A stretch of DNA of 64,000 nucleotides from Candidatus Woesearchaeota archaeon (GTDB taxonomy: Archaea; Nanobdellota; Nanobdellia; Woesearchaeales; GW2011-AR9): assembly GCA_016179955.1 (NCBI GenBank), contig JACPCD010000005.1, positions 10,323-74,322 on the forward strand, in the 5' to 3' direction. A model generated the notes under the pieces. The model ran no database searches and had not been told where the DNA came from. It saw only the letters and a list, made by a program, of their open reading frames with translations. Shown one piece after another: positions 34,142-44,002 of the stretch. The position numbers and the translations under genes were made by a program. Position 1 is the stretch's first letter. Each line of letters starts with the position of its first letter.

Positions 34142-35308
34142 TTATTCATTTATTTTCTTTAAAATATGAATGGCAGCAGTGCCGCCAACACCTCCAACGT
34201 TGTGAGTTAACCCTATTTCTGCAGCTTTTACCTGTCTGCTACCGGCCTCGCCCCGTAGCTGTGTTACTATCTCATAAATCTGTGATATACCAGTAGCGCC
34301 AATGGGGTGTCCGTTTGCTTTAAGTCCACCATCCGTGTTGATGGGCAAGCTGCCTTGCAGGGCGGTTCTGCCCATTTTAATCCATTCTTTGCTCTCTCCG
34401 GGTGCACAGAAGCCAAGATCTTCCATGGCCACCATTTCGGCAATGGTAAAACAATCATGGACTTCGGCTAGATTAATATCCGAAGGAGAAACCTTTGCTT
34501 GTTGGTAGGCTTCCGCAGCGGCCAATTTTGCTGCTGGAAAACAAGTGAAATCCTCTCTTTGAGTAAGAGAGATAAAGTCCGTCTTCAGGCTCGAGGCAAT
34601 TATTTCTACATCCCGTTTCGAATGCCTTTTCTTTGAAATAATAATGGCAGCCGCCCCATCTGAAACCGGTGAGCAGTCAAATAACCGTAACGGTGAGCTG
34701 ACCATCACCGAGTTTTTAATAGTGTTTAAGTCAATTTTTTTATGTTGAAAATGGGCCGAAGGGTTTAAAGTAGCATTGTAATGGGCTTTTAATGAAATCA
34801 AATCTAAATCATCGCTCGTTGCCCCATATTTTTCCATATACTTTTGGGCAATGAAAGCATAGCTGGCTGGAAAACTGAGGCCCGGGAGTTGATCCCGTTC
34901 TACATCCCCAGCGGAGGCAATCGCTTTTGAAATAACCCCTGAATCATAGCCGGTCATTTTTTCCACCCCTAATACAAGAATATTCTCAAATTTATTCATA
35001 GCAATTAACGCTTGATGCACAGCTGCGCCACCAGAGGCGCAGGCAGTTTCAACTCTGATTATGGGAAGATGGCGATGAGGAAATAATCCCGAAATAACTG
35101 AATTAAGATGCAGCTGGTTTTGTAGAATTCCTCCCAAGAAATTACTGACATATATCGCCTGAATATTTTCACTAGGAAAAGAACTATCCACCATTGCTTT
35201 ATTTATGGCTTCTTCCGCTAATTGGATTAAATTTTGAGTAGTCACTCCAAACTTCGTCTTGCCTATTCCAATGACATACATTTTAGCAGATTCAAGGAGG
35301 TAGGACAT
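34142..35308 (-). CDS. Thiolase-fold condensing enzyme (archaeal/SCP-x type acetyl-CoA C-acetyltransferase-like)
   Basis: MYVIGIGKTKFG, active-site region ETACASGG, and C-terminal NVGGVGGTA. Possible true start at Met10 (ATG 35281). Confidence 0.75.
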   Translation of the reverse strand: MSYLLESAKMYVIGIGKTKFGVTTQNLIQLAEEAINKAMVDSSFPSENIQAIYVSNFLGGILQNQLHLNSVISGLFPHRHLPIIRVETACASGGAAVHQALIAMNKFENILVLGVEKMTGYDSGVISKAIASAGDVERDQLPGLSFPASYAFIAQKYMEKYGATSDDLDLISLKAHYNATLNPSAHFQHKKIDLNTIKNSVMVSSPLRLFDCSPVSDGAAAIIISKKRHSKRDVEIIASSLKTDFISLTQREDFTCFPAAKLAAAEAYQQAKVSPSDINLAEVHDCFTIAEMVAMEDLGFCAPGESKEWIKMGRTALQGSLPINTDGGLKANGHPIGATGISQIYEIVTQLRGEAGSRQVKAAEIGLTHNVGGVGGTAAIHILKKINE

Positions 35309-35397
35309 TTATAAACCATTTGTTTTTTGGAGAGCGTCTTTAGTACCACAACCTTTATTAATGCCTATCGTAAAAATTAATATCCCATTTAAATAAA

Positions 35398-35409
35398 TTT
35401 AAATATAAA
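35398..35409 (+). promoter_or_regulatory. TATA-like TTTAAATATAAA for the 35432 operon
   Basis: Centre is 27-30 nt upstream of ATG 35432. Confidence 0.45.
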
Positions 35410-35431
35410 CCCAAATTAAGATTGTACATCT

Positions 35432-36694
35432 ATGCAATCAAAAGGAAGCGGCATGGACCCCCGACACCCCCATCGAGTTTCTCCAAAAGCATTAGAATAC
35501 CTTAAAGAGGTTGTAGATTATGGTTTTGGCAATTCTTCCGGGCCGGGGATGACTACGCGTTTTGAAAAGGCCTTTGCCTGTAGATTAGGTATGGGTTTTG
35601 GAATTTCCCATTGCAATGGCACTGCCACCATGCATTCCTGTTTAGCTGCTGCTGGGGTGAAGCCTGGAGATGAGGTCATAGTTCCACCGTTGACAGCAGC
35701 AGCAACGGCTATTTGCGTCCTGCATCAAGGGGCAATTCCGGTCTTTGCTGATATTGATGAATTAACGTTTAATATAAGCCCTCAAAGTGTTGAAGAGCAT
35801 ATCACCCCCCTCACCAAAGCGATTATTCCTGTCCATTTGTACGGCCTGATGGCTGACATGGATAGCTTAATGGAAATTGCTAAAAAGCATAATTTAACAG
35901 TAATTGAAGATAGTGCCGAATGTTTTCTCGCCTCATGTAACGGCAAGCTGGCTGGAACGATTGGACATGCTGCCAGTTTCAGCTTCCAGGCTTCAAAACA
36001 TCTTACCTGCGGTGATGGTGGTATTGTCGTAACCAATGATGAGAATTATGCTACCATGATCCGCCGGTTTTCCGTTTTTGGCTATCATACGCTGACGGGG
36101 AGAAGTGGCGGTGTGATGCCCAAACGAGAGCGGGGTGATCCCACCTCCATTCGCCACGATTTTTTGGGGTGGAATTATAGGATGTCAGAATTACAGGCCG
36201 CAGTTGCCTTAGAACAGACTGAACGGATGGATGAGTTGGTAGACCAGAGAAAGAAGATAGGAGCCATGTTTTTAGAGGCGGTGAAAGGTTGTTCGTGGCT
36301 TGTTCCCCAATATACTCCTCCCGGCTATGACCATTCTTATTGGACCTTTGTGTGCCGTTTCGAATCAGAACCGGCCGGATGTATCTGGCAGGAATTCCGA
36401 CAGAAATTTTATGATTTTGGGGGAGATTTTTTTTATGGAGCTTGGCGTCTTATTTATAATGAACCAGTTTTCCAAGAGCGCAGTTTCTTGGGTGGTTTTT
36501 TCCCGGTAGATTCCGATCTCTACAAAGGAAAGTACAAAGATTATCGGCCAGGATTATGCCCCGTTGCCGAAAAATTACAGCCAAAATTAATGCAGTTCAA
36601 AACCAACTATGTTGATCTCAACGAAGCAGCACGCCAGGTGGGCATTCTTAGAGAAACGATCAATTATTTTGAGGAAAAGCGAGAGGTTAAGTGA
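35432..36694 (+). CDS. DegT/DnrJ/EryC1-family PLP enzyme (420 aa, long form)
   Basis: CNGTATMHSCL, and VIEDSAECF...FSFQASKHLTCGDGG with the Lys. Confidence 0.75.
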   Translation: MQSKGSGMDPRHPHRVSPKALEYLKEVVDYGFGNSSGPGMTTRFEKAFACRLGMGFGISHCNGTATMHSCLAAAGVKPGDEVIVPPLTAAATAICVLHQGAIPVFADIDELTFNISPQSVEEHITPLTKAIIPVHLYGLMADMDSLMEIAKKHNLTVIEDSAECFLASCNGKLAGTIGHAASFSFQASKHLTCGDGGIVVTNDENYATMIRRFSVFGYHTLTGRSGGVMPKRERGDPTSIRHDFLGWNYRMSELQAAVALEQTERMDELVDQRKKIGAMFLEAVKGCSWLVPQYTPPGYDHSYWTFVCRFESEPAGCIWQEFRQKFYDFGGDFFYGAWRLIYNEPVFQERSFLGGFFPVDSDLYKGKYKDYRPGLCPVAEKLQPKLMQFKTNYVDLNEAARQVGILRETINYFEEKREVK

Positions 36695-37308
36695 TGCGCA
36701 CTTCAAGGATCCTGCGGATGAAAGACATTGCCCAACACTTGGTCCCCTCTGATATTGTGTTGGATATTGGGGCTTACGATTGTGAACTGCAGAACCATAT
36801 CACTGTAAAAGAATACAAAGGGGTTGATCTTACCCCATTCAAAGACGGGGTTCTTAAAGTAAATGTATCGTATGAAAAACTACCATTTAAAGACAAGACG
36901 TTTGACAAAGTAGTTATGAGTATGCTTTTAAGTCACATTGATAACCCTCTTTTTGCACTGCAGGAAGCTCGCCGGGTAATGAAAGACAATGGGGAAGTTA
37001 TTTTAGTGTTTAGTAATATTGAAAATATTAATAAACTGTTTCAAGGACTGTTTTTAGCAAAAAAATTAATTCAAAGACCGAATTATTCTTACATTTCTGT
37101 ATTTGGTACCCAAGAGATAGCGAACATCTTAGCTCGATCTTCATTTAAAGTATGTGGCCTCAAAAAAAGATGTGCCGAATTATTCGGTTATCGTCTGCCC
37201 TTCCTTGATTGGACCGGACTATTTTCAGAGTATGTATTGGTTGTAGCTGAGAAGTCAAGAGAAGTAGTCCCCGCTTGGAGTTATGGTAAGAAATTTTCGA
37301 ATTTATGA
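36691..37308 (+). CDS. Class I SAM-dependent methyltransferase
   Basis: VLDIGAYDC (motif I-like), FDKVVMSMLLSHI. ATGA-type overlap with the upstream gene, and a GAGAGGT SD. Confidence 0.65.
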   Translation: MMRTSRILRMKDIAQHLVPSDIVLDIGAYDCELQNHITVKEYKGVDLTPFKDGVLKVNVSYEKLPFKDKTFDKVVMSMLLSHIDNPLFALQEARRVMKDNGEVILVFSNIENINKLFQGLFLAKKLIQRPNYSYISVFGTQEIANILARSSFKVCGLKKRCAELFGYRLPFLDWTGLFSEYVLVVAEKSREVVPAWSYGKKFSNL

Positions 37309-37375
37309 GGCTCAATAGGGTTCCTGAATCTTATTTTCTACCCTGTTTTTATTAATTGTTCGATTTTCTCCAATA

Positions 37376-38773
37376 TTAATTTTTTTCTTTTTTTAACATA
37401 TAATCACTAATTCCCTGCACTAAACGCTTAATGTTGTCTTTATCTAGGGAATGATTATTACAATCACTAGGAAGTCTTGCCAGTCCGGAATAGCTGCAGC
37501 GAAACATCGCCGCCACAAAATTAATTAGGTTGTCCCTATTTATTTTTCTGTCAACACTGTTTTTAATTATTTCCGGGAGAAATTCTATATTTTTAACTTT
37601 AATTGTTTCTTCACAGACATTATAAAAAATATTGCCAAAGGTAACTGCCGGGATTTCAAAGAGCAATGCCTCCCATCCTGATGTTCCCGTTATGGTTAAG
37701 AGCAGCGAAGATTTTTTTATCAATTCAAAATTATTTTGGTGAGGCGATATAAGTCTAACATTTGGTATTTTCTTAATCCTCTTATAAAAACTGAGATTTC
37801 TATTCCCATAACCAAAGGGGTGTTCTTTCACGTAAAGAAGATGTGTAAGGGGCATCGATTTGGAAATATTCTCTATTAAGCTTAACTGATCCACGTACCA
37901 CTTCCCATATATTAAAGTTGTCGATTCTGGTTGATAATGGAGCGGAAAAAGAACATATTTTTCTCCAGGGCGGGGGGTCTCAAAAATACCGGCATGATCA
38001 TATACTTTTTGGATAAGGGGCCAAAACACAAATCGTAAATCAGGGGGTAATTTTCTGTATTTTAATACTTGGTAAGCATATGATGATGCCCGCTCTGCTT
38101 TTTTACGCAGCGGTTCTTTAAATTCTTTGGCACAATCCTGAATTTTTGGCTTATTTTGGAAGTCTTTTACGAATTGTTCGGATTTAATTCTTTCTTCCGA
38201 GGATAAGCCATTCCTTTTGATATCTTTATAGGCATAATCTAAGGAGGGCCATATGTTGGAAAGATCTTCTGCGAATGTAAACCGATTTGGCACTATGGAA
38301 GAAACTAATTCAATAATCCGTACTTTATTCTTCTGCAGTACTGAATAAAGAACTATTGCATGGTACCCTGATGGCCCGTAACAAATACAATAATCTGGCT
38401 TTATTTCTTCAACAATTCTTTCCATCCCTTCGAATGCACTTTGAAAATAACTTAAAATCTCCTCTGTTGAAAGCTTTCCTCTACTCCTTTTTCTAACGGC
38501 AGAGACAGACCAGGCATCCCAAATATTTATATTATATCTTTGTTCGCATTTACTAAGATAGCCCCTATCTGCGGTTGAACCATTATGGAAAGGAAACAGG
38601 GTTGTAATCTCATTTTTAGGAACTCCCTGAGCCACCAAATAATCTAAATTTTTTTCCCTGGTAGCTATGAAATGCGGCTTTATTGCTTGTGTTTTGGCCA
38701 TCTCTTGGTATATCTTCCACATCCAAATCTCTCTATCGCAAGAGCCAGTTAGGAAAAGTATCGTTTTTACCAT
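37376..38773 (-). CDS. Capsule-synthesis (KpsS/KpsC-like, PF05159-type) glycosyltransferase; candidate nonulosonate transferase
   Basis: LFPLHYQPESTT...LYVKEHPFGYG pattern resembles KpsS-type capsule proteins. Neighbours the CMP-sugar genes. Confidence 0.5.
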   Translation of the reverse strand: MVKTILFLTGSCDREIWMWKIYQEMAKTQAIKPHFIATREKNLDYLVAQGVPKNEITTLFPFHNGSTADRGYLSKCEQRYNINIWDAWSVSAVRKRSRGKLSTEEILSYFQSAFEGMERIVEEIKPDYCICYGPSGYHAIVLYSVLQKNKVRIIELVSSIVPNRFTFAEDLSNIWPSLDYAYKDIKRNGLSSEERIKSEQFVKDFQNKPKIQDCAKEFKEPLRKKAERASSYAYQVLKYRKLPPDLRFVFWPLIQKVYDHAGIFETPRPGEKYVLFPLHYQPESTTLIYGKWYVDQLSLIENISKSMPLTHLLYVKEHPFGYGNRNLSFYKRIKKIPNVRLISPHQNNFELIKKSSLLLTITGTSGWEALLFEIPAVTFGNIFYNVCEETIKVKNIEFLPEIIKNSVDRKINRDNLINFVAAMFRCSYSGLARLPSDCNNHSLDKDNIKRLVQGISDYMLKKEKN

Positions 38774-38848
38774 AAGTTATCGGAATTACTTATTCTTTTT
38801 TTTAAACTTTATGTAAAACTAGCTTCCAAAACCTCTTTTTAATAAACT

Positions 38849-38856
38849 ATTTAAAT
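38849..38856 (+). promoter_or_regulatory. TATA-like ATTTAAAT for the GNAT/deacetylase operon
   Basis: Centre is 25.5 nt upstream of ATG 38878. Confidence 0.5.
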
Positions 38857-38877
38857 TGGGGACGGTTGGGGGCTATA

Positions 38878-39909
38878 ATGGAAGTAAAGCTTTTAACAAA
38901 CGATGAATATGGTGCTTTCTTTAAATTTAATGCTGATTGCTATCCAAACCGGCCCAATATATTAGAACGGTTTAAATTCCAATCGTTAGCTAACCCTTTT
39001 CTGAAACCGGAGGATGGCCCCTTAGTACTCCTCGCCTATATTGATGAAGGCCAGATTGTTGGCCAGTTAGGACTTAATCCCGAAGTATGTTTTCTAAGAG
39101 GAAAAGAGTTTCGTTGCTTTTTTGGCTATGATCTTTTTGTCTCTGAAAAGCACCGCGGACAGGGAATTGGGTCTTTATTAGTTAAAAAAGCAATTGAAAA
39201 ATACAGCCCCTTCTTTGCTGTTGGCGTTTCTCAATCAGCAAGTAAGTTATATTCTGACTTTAATTTGGTGGGTAGTATGCACACTTTTTTATGGTTTAGA
39301 AAAGTAAGTAGCTTGCCGAAGTTGTGGTTTAATAATACTTTCTCTACCCCTGGTTCTTCCCCTACATCAAAAAATTCTAGCTATATTTTTCCAAAAAATG
39401 TTTCATCTCCAACCCATGATTTCAAATTAGTAAGCTCTTTACGTAACTGGCCCAACCATAATTGGAATGGAGAAGTAATGGAATTATCCCGCTCTTTGAA
39501 GTTTTTACAATGGCGGTTCTTTAGTCGGAAGGGTCACCAATTTTATGTATGGAGATCTCGCGGCAGTCAAGCTTATTTTGTGGTTAATATTGTAGCCCTA
39601 AAAGGCCTGCGGTTTCTTGCTCTTGTTGATTACCGCATTTCTATTGGGAAAGATGACTTTTTTAGGGATATCTTAAGCATCTGTAAAAAATTAGCCAAGG
39701 AAGCCGGTTGTGAGGGGGTCGTCCTTCTTAGTTCCCACACAGTATTCGATAGGGCTTTGAGGAAGAGTTTTTTTATAAAAGCCCCCCATGAACAGAAAGT
39801 ATTAATCAATTCTCCTCTGCCCCTGTCTTTAGACCAGATTAACAAAAGGGAATCGCTGTTTCTCACCATGGCTGATGCAGATTTTGAATTTTCATATGGG
39901 TTAGTCTGA
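38878..39909 (+). CDS. GNAT-family N-acetyltransferase with an extended C-terminal domain
   Basis: DLFVSEKHRGQGIGSLLVKKAIE (GNAT motif A). The track start at 38866 is a TTG. Confidence 0.7.
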   Translation: MEVKLLTNDEYGAFFKFNADCYPNRPNILERFKFQSLANPFLKPEDGPLVLLAYIDEGQIVGQLGLNPEVCFLRGKEFRCFFGYDLFVSEKHRGQGIGSLLVKKAIEKYSPFFAVGVSQSASKLYSDFNLVGSMHTFLWFRKVSSLPKLWFNNTFSTPGSSPTSKNSSYIFPKNVSSPTHDFKLVSSLRNWPNHNWNGEVMELSRSLKFLQWRFFSRKGHQFYVWRSRGSQAYFVVNIVALKGLRFLALVDYRISIGKDDFFRDILSICKKLAKEAGCEGVVLLSSHTVFDRALRKSFFIKAPHEQKVLINSPLPLSLDQINKRESLFLTMADADFEFSYGLV

Positions 39910-39911
39910 AT

Positions 39912-40832
39912 ATGGCAATAATTAAACGGAGTAAAATAAAGAAAATCTTGGCTGGAATATTAGGTATATTTCTAATCCTCTCTCGCTCATTTTATAAGTC
40001 AAAGAAAGAGATGTTCTCTGGTCAAAAAGTAACTGGCATTTTTTTTCATAATCCTTCTCCTGAAGTATTTGGGCGCTCCATCCGGTGGTTAATAAAGAAC
40101 AACTGCATTTTTATTACTACGGATCAGCTTGTTGCCATTCTCCTTCATAAAGCTGCTCTGCCACCACGGGCCGTTTGGATAACTTTTGATGATGGGTGGA
40201 AAGATAACATGAAGAATGTCCTTCCCACCCTGCAGAAATATAAGATCCCAGTAACCTTTTTTATTTCTACTGCTCCCGTAGAAGAAGGTTTTTTTTGGTT
40301 CAGCGTGGTACGAAAATATAATCAACAGCTCCCCCCCCCATTTAAAGAGGATGTTAAAAAATTATGGTTCATCGAGGAAACCAAAAGGAAAAAGATAGTT
40401 GCTGAATTGTTAAGAAATATAAATGGTGGTATAGAAAGGGAGGCCATGACGGTTGAAGACATCAAATCCATTTCCATTTTGCCGCAGGTAACCATCGGGG
40501 CCCATACTGTAAACCACGCCATTACCACCAATTGTACTCTTCCGGAGCTTATGTATGAAATAAAGGAATCTCAGCAGAAATTAATGGAATGGACTGGAAA
40601 AAAAGTGAAATTCTTTGCTTATCCGAATGGGAACGTTGGGGATAAAGAAAAGGCGATCCTCCAGCAAAATGGATTTACTTTAGCTACCACTATTGAAAAA
40701 AGCCGTATTTCTCCTGTTCAGGACCTATACGTGGTACCAAGATATGGGGTTAATGATGATGCCTTCTTCTCAGAATATCTCTGTCAGATGACAGGGGCTT
40801 GGTGGAATTTTCTGGATAAATTTAAGATTTAA
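39912..40832 (+). CDS. Membrane-anchored polysaccharide deacetylase (CE4)
   Basis: N-terminal TM helix, WITFDDGWKDN, IGAHTVNH. Confidence 0.8.
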   Translation: MAIIKRSKIKKILAGILGIFLILSRSFYKSKKEMFSGQKVTGIFFHNPSPEVFGRSIRWLIKNNCIFITTDQLVAILLHKAALPPRAVWITFDDGWKDNMKNVLPTLQKYKIPVTFFISTAPVEEGFFWFSVVRKYNQQLPPPFKEDVKKLWFIEETKRKKIVAELLRNINGGIEREAMTVEDIKSISILPQVTIGAHTVNHAITTNCTLPELMYEIKESQQKLMEWTGKKVKFFAYPNGNVGDKEKAILQQNGFTLATTIEKSRISPVQDLYVVPRYGVNDDAFFSEYLCQMTGAWWNFLDKFKI

Positions 40833-40876
40833 TGGGTTGGAAACTGAAACTAGTGCCACCGCCGGTTTCCAGCCCA
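40833..40876 (+). terminator. Hairpin starting immediately after the stop codon (14-bp stem with two G-U pairs, 16-nt loop)
   Basis: Arms at 40833-40846 (TGGGTTGGAAACTG) and 40863-40876 (CGGTTTCCAGCCCA), paired by hand. Confidence 0.35.
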
Positions 40877-40950
40877 TATTCGACAAATTTATAGACTGAA
40901 CATACATAATCATTATAAAGCCAATAATAGTAACTTATGTTCATCTTAAA

Positions 40951-42036
40951 ATGGCCTTTGCCGGAATTTTACACGGAATTAATGATATAAGATATCAGGA
41001 ACATACCCCGCGAGCTATTACTGGAGAAGAAGTCCAGGTAGCTGTAAAATGTGCCGCTATCTGCGGATCCGATATCCCCAGAGTAAAGAGCAAAGGCACG
41101 TATAAATTCCCCACTATTCCCGGCCATGAAATATCCGGTATCGTGGTGGAAAAAGGGGAAAATATTAAATCTATAAATGCCGGGGATAGAGTTACTGTTT
41201 ATCCTTTAATGCCTTGTGGTATTTGCCCCCCTTGCCAGTCCCATTGTCCAAATTTGTGTGAGAATTACAATTACCTCGGTTCTCGCTGCGATGGCGGGTT
41301 TGCGGAATATGTTGTTTGTCCGGCCAAAAATGTTATAAAAATAGCTCCCACGGTGTCTTTTGAAGCGGCCGCTTTGGTCGAACCAATGGCGGTGGCTCTT
41401 CGGGGGATCAAAAAAAGTAATATCTCTTCTGGAGATAAAGTGGTTGTTTTAGGCTTGGGTTCCGTAGGATTATTTGCAGTTCAATGGGCCAAGATCTTCG
41501 GGGCGTCGGTGGTGATAGGAGTCGACCGGAATCCTCATAAATTAAAAATAGCTGCTGCCGTGGGGGCCAATTACACAATTAATTCTTTAGATTATAATTA
41601 TAATGCAGAATTTCAAAAGATATTTGGTGCCCAAGGTGCGGACGTCGTTATAGAATGCAGTGGAGCGAATAGTTTTCAAGAATTGGCTATTACTATTGTT
41701 AAAAAAGGTGGAACTATCTCTTTAATCGGGAATCCCCAGGGCGATGTAACAGTTAAAGAAAAAATATTTCAGCAGATAGTGCGAAAGGAAATTACCCTTA
41801 AGGGAAGTTGGAACTCTGTCATTCTTCCTGAAGAAGATGAATGGGGTTTGGTGTTGGATTATCTCTCTGCCGGAAGAATTGATCCGGTATCGATAATTAC
41901 TCACTACTTTAATCTAAGTGATATCAAACGGGTGTTTGATGATCTTTATGAGCGAAAAATAGCTGGATATTGCAAAGGTGTTTTTGTAATAAATAAACAT
42001 TTGGATCCGGCGACATTGAACCAGGTGATACTATGA
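40951..42036 (+). CDS. Zn-dependent MDR alcohol/polyol dehydrogenase
   Basis: CAAICGSDIPR, GHEISGIVVEKG, and structural-Zn cysteines CGICPPCQSHCPNLC. Confidence 0.8.
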   Translation: MAFAGILHGINDIRYQEHTPRAITGEEVQVAVKCAAICGSDIPRVKSKGTYKFPTIPGHEISGIVVEKGENIKSINAGDRVTVYPLMPCGICPPCQSHCPNLCENYNYLGSRCDGGFAEYVVCPAKNVIKIAPTVSFEAAALVEPMAVALRGIKKSNISSGDKVVVLGLGSVGLFAVQWAKIFGASVVIGVDRNPHKLKIAAAVGANYTINSLDYNYNAEFQKIFGAQGADVVIECSGANSFQELAITIVKKGGTISLIGNPQGDVTVKEKIFQQIVRKEITLKGSWNSVILPEEDEWGLVLDYLSAGRIDPVSIITHYFNLSDIKRVFDDLYERKIAGYCKGVFVINKHLDPATLNQVIL

Positions 42037-43100
42037 TTTCGCAGATGAGGGCAGCAGTTTTACAGGGAATCAACGATCTAAAATTAGGCTCTGTTCCTGT
42101 GCCGCAATTAAAGCCCGGCAGTTTGCTTTTAAAGATTCATGCCTGCGCCATCTGTGGTTCCGATATACGTATTCTTAAATCTGGAAATAATCGGGTAAAG
42201 TATCCCGCTATCATTGGGCACGAATCATCTGGAGAAGTTGTCATGGTTGGCGAAGGCATTACAAATTTTAGAGTTGGTGATCGCCTTGCTTTGGGTGCAG
42301 ATATACCATGTGGCAGGTGCATTTATTGTACTAATGGTTTAGGCAATTGCTGTGATGAGAATTATGCCTTGGGGTATAAATTCCCGGGAGCATTTGCCGA
42401 ATATTGTTTGCTGGAACCAATAATGGTCAATTATGGCCCCCTTATCAAAATTCCAGATTCTGTAAGCTATGATGAGGCTGCACTCATGGAGCCATTGGCT
42501 TGCGTGTTAAACGGGTTCGAGTTAGCGCAGATGAAGGTTGGGAAAAGTGTGTTAATCATTGGGGCGGGCCCTATTGGCTGCATGGGGATTATGGTCGCAA
42601 AGGCGTTGGGGGCATCTGCGGTTATATTGGCCGAAGTAGATGAAAAAAGATTAGAAGAAGCAAAACAATTTGGCGCCGACATATATATTAATTCCCGGAA
42701 AGACAACCTCATAGAGGAGGTAAAAAAGATGACGTTGGGAAGAGGGGTTGACGGTGTATTTACTATGTGTCCTTCAGTCGAAGCCCACGAACAGGCAATT
42801 GAGCTCGTGGCTAAAAGGGGTTATGTCAATCTTTTTGGAGGATTGCCGATTGGGTCCCGAAAAGCCCAAATTACATCTAATTTAATCCATTATAAAGAAT
42901 GTTTTGTGATGGGCTCTCATGGTTCAACTCCTCGTCATAATAAGCTGGCGATGGATCTTATTGCCACTAAGAAAGTTGACGTGGGAAGACTTATTACTCA
43001 TCGCTTTGGCCTTGAAGAGATAAAAATGGGAATCAAGGTAATGGAGAATTTAGAAGGAATGAAAATTATTATCAAGCCGGGAGGTATACCTACGTCATGA
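42033..43100 (+). CDS. Zn-dependent MDR alcohol/polyol dehydrogenase, second copy
   Basis: CAICGSDIR, GHESSGEVVMVGEG, CGRCIYCTNGLGNCC. ATGA overlap and an AGGTGAT SD. Confidence 0.8.
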   Translation: MISQMRAAVLQGINDLKLGSVPVPQLKPGSLLLKIHACAICGSDIRILKSGNNRVKYPAIIGHESSGEVVMVGEGITNFRVGDRLALGADIPCGRCIYCTNGLGNCCDENYALGYKFPGAFAEYCLLEPIMVNYGPLIKIPDSVSYDEAALMEPLACVLNGFELAQMKVGKSVLIIGAGPIGCMGIMVAKALGASAVILAEVDEKRLEEAKQFGADIYINSRKDNLIEEVKKMTLGRGVDGVFTMCPSVEAHEQAIELVAKRGYVNLFGGLPIGSRKAQITSNLIHYKECFVMGSHGSTPRHNKLAMDLIATKKVDVGRLITHRFGLEEIKMGIKVMENLEGMKIIIKPGGIPTS

Positions 43101-44002
43101 ACCTTAAATTAGGGATTAATACTGGCTTTGCGCTCAATCGTTTCCCCCTTCCGGAGGAATGGATGAAGATTGTCGGGGAAGATTTGGGCTTACGGTATGT
43201 TCAACTTACTGCCGATATGCTTAACCCCGCTTTGGGTGATGTCATTGTGTCTGATTATATCGCCAGAATTAATAGACTTAAGATAAAATACAATGTAACT
43301 ATTGATAGTATTATGACGGGTGCTTTTACCAGAGTAAATCACTTTTCTCATCCCGATGCAGGGCAACGATTATACTGGATTGATTGGTTCAAGAGGCTGG
43401 TAGATATTGGGGTTGCTGTTGGTGCCACTAATCTTTCGAGCCATTTTGGCATTATGTCCTATTATGATCTGAAAGACCAATTGAGGAGAAAGCAAGTCCT
43501 GGAGCAGACCATTGCCGCTTGGAAAGAGATTGCCATATACGCAAAGTTAAAAGGGATGCAATATTTGAGCTGGGAACCGATGTCTATCGCCCGGGAGTAT
43601 GGCGAGACCATCCAGGAAACAAGAAAAATACAACGCATGTTAAATGATAGTGCTCTGCCCATCAAATTGTGTTTAGATGTCGATCATGGTGATGTTTCTT
43701 CCCCGAATCCCGATGATACTAACCCTTATGCCTGGCTGCGGGAGTTTGGGAAAGATGCCCCCCTTATCCATCTTAAGCAGAGTTTAAAAGACAAAAGTGG
43801 CCATTGGCCGTTTACGCCAGAAACCAATAGGGAAGGAAAAATTATTGCAGAGAAAGTGATTAAAACATTAGAGGAAAGTGGATGTAAAGACTCCCTGCTT
43901 CTCTTGGAGTTTTCGTTTCGGGAACGAGAACCGTTTGAAAGCAGGGCCCTAGGGGATTTAAAATCATCGGTTGAGTACTGGCGGGATTTCGTTTCAAATT
44001 AA
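43097..44002 (+). CDS. Xylose-isomerase-like TIM-barrel sugar(-phosphate) isomerase/epimerase
   Basis: LSWEPM and LCLDVDHGD metal-ligand motifs in the expected order. GGGAGGT SD. Confidence 0.65.
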   Translation: MNLKLGINTGFALNRFPLPEEWMKIVGEDLGLRYVQLTADMLNPALGDVIVSDYIARINRLKIKYNVTIDSIMTGAFTRVNHFSHPDAGQRLYWIDWFKRLVDIGVAVGATNLSSHFGIMSYYDLKDQLRRKQVLEQTIAAWKEIAIYAKLKGMQYLSWEPMSIAREYGETIQETRKIQRMLNDSALPIKLCLDVDHGDVSSPNPDDTNPYAWLREFGKDAPLIHLKQSLKDKSGHWPFTPETNREGKIIAEKVIKTLEESGCKDSLLLLEFSFREREPFESRALGDLKSSVEYWRDFVSN

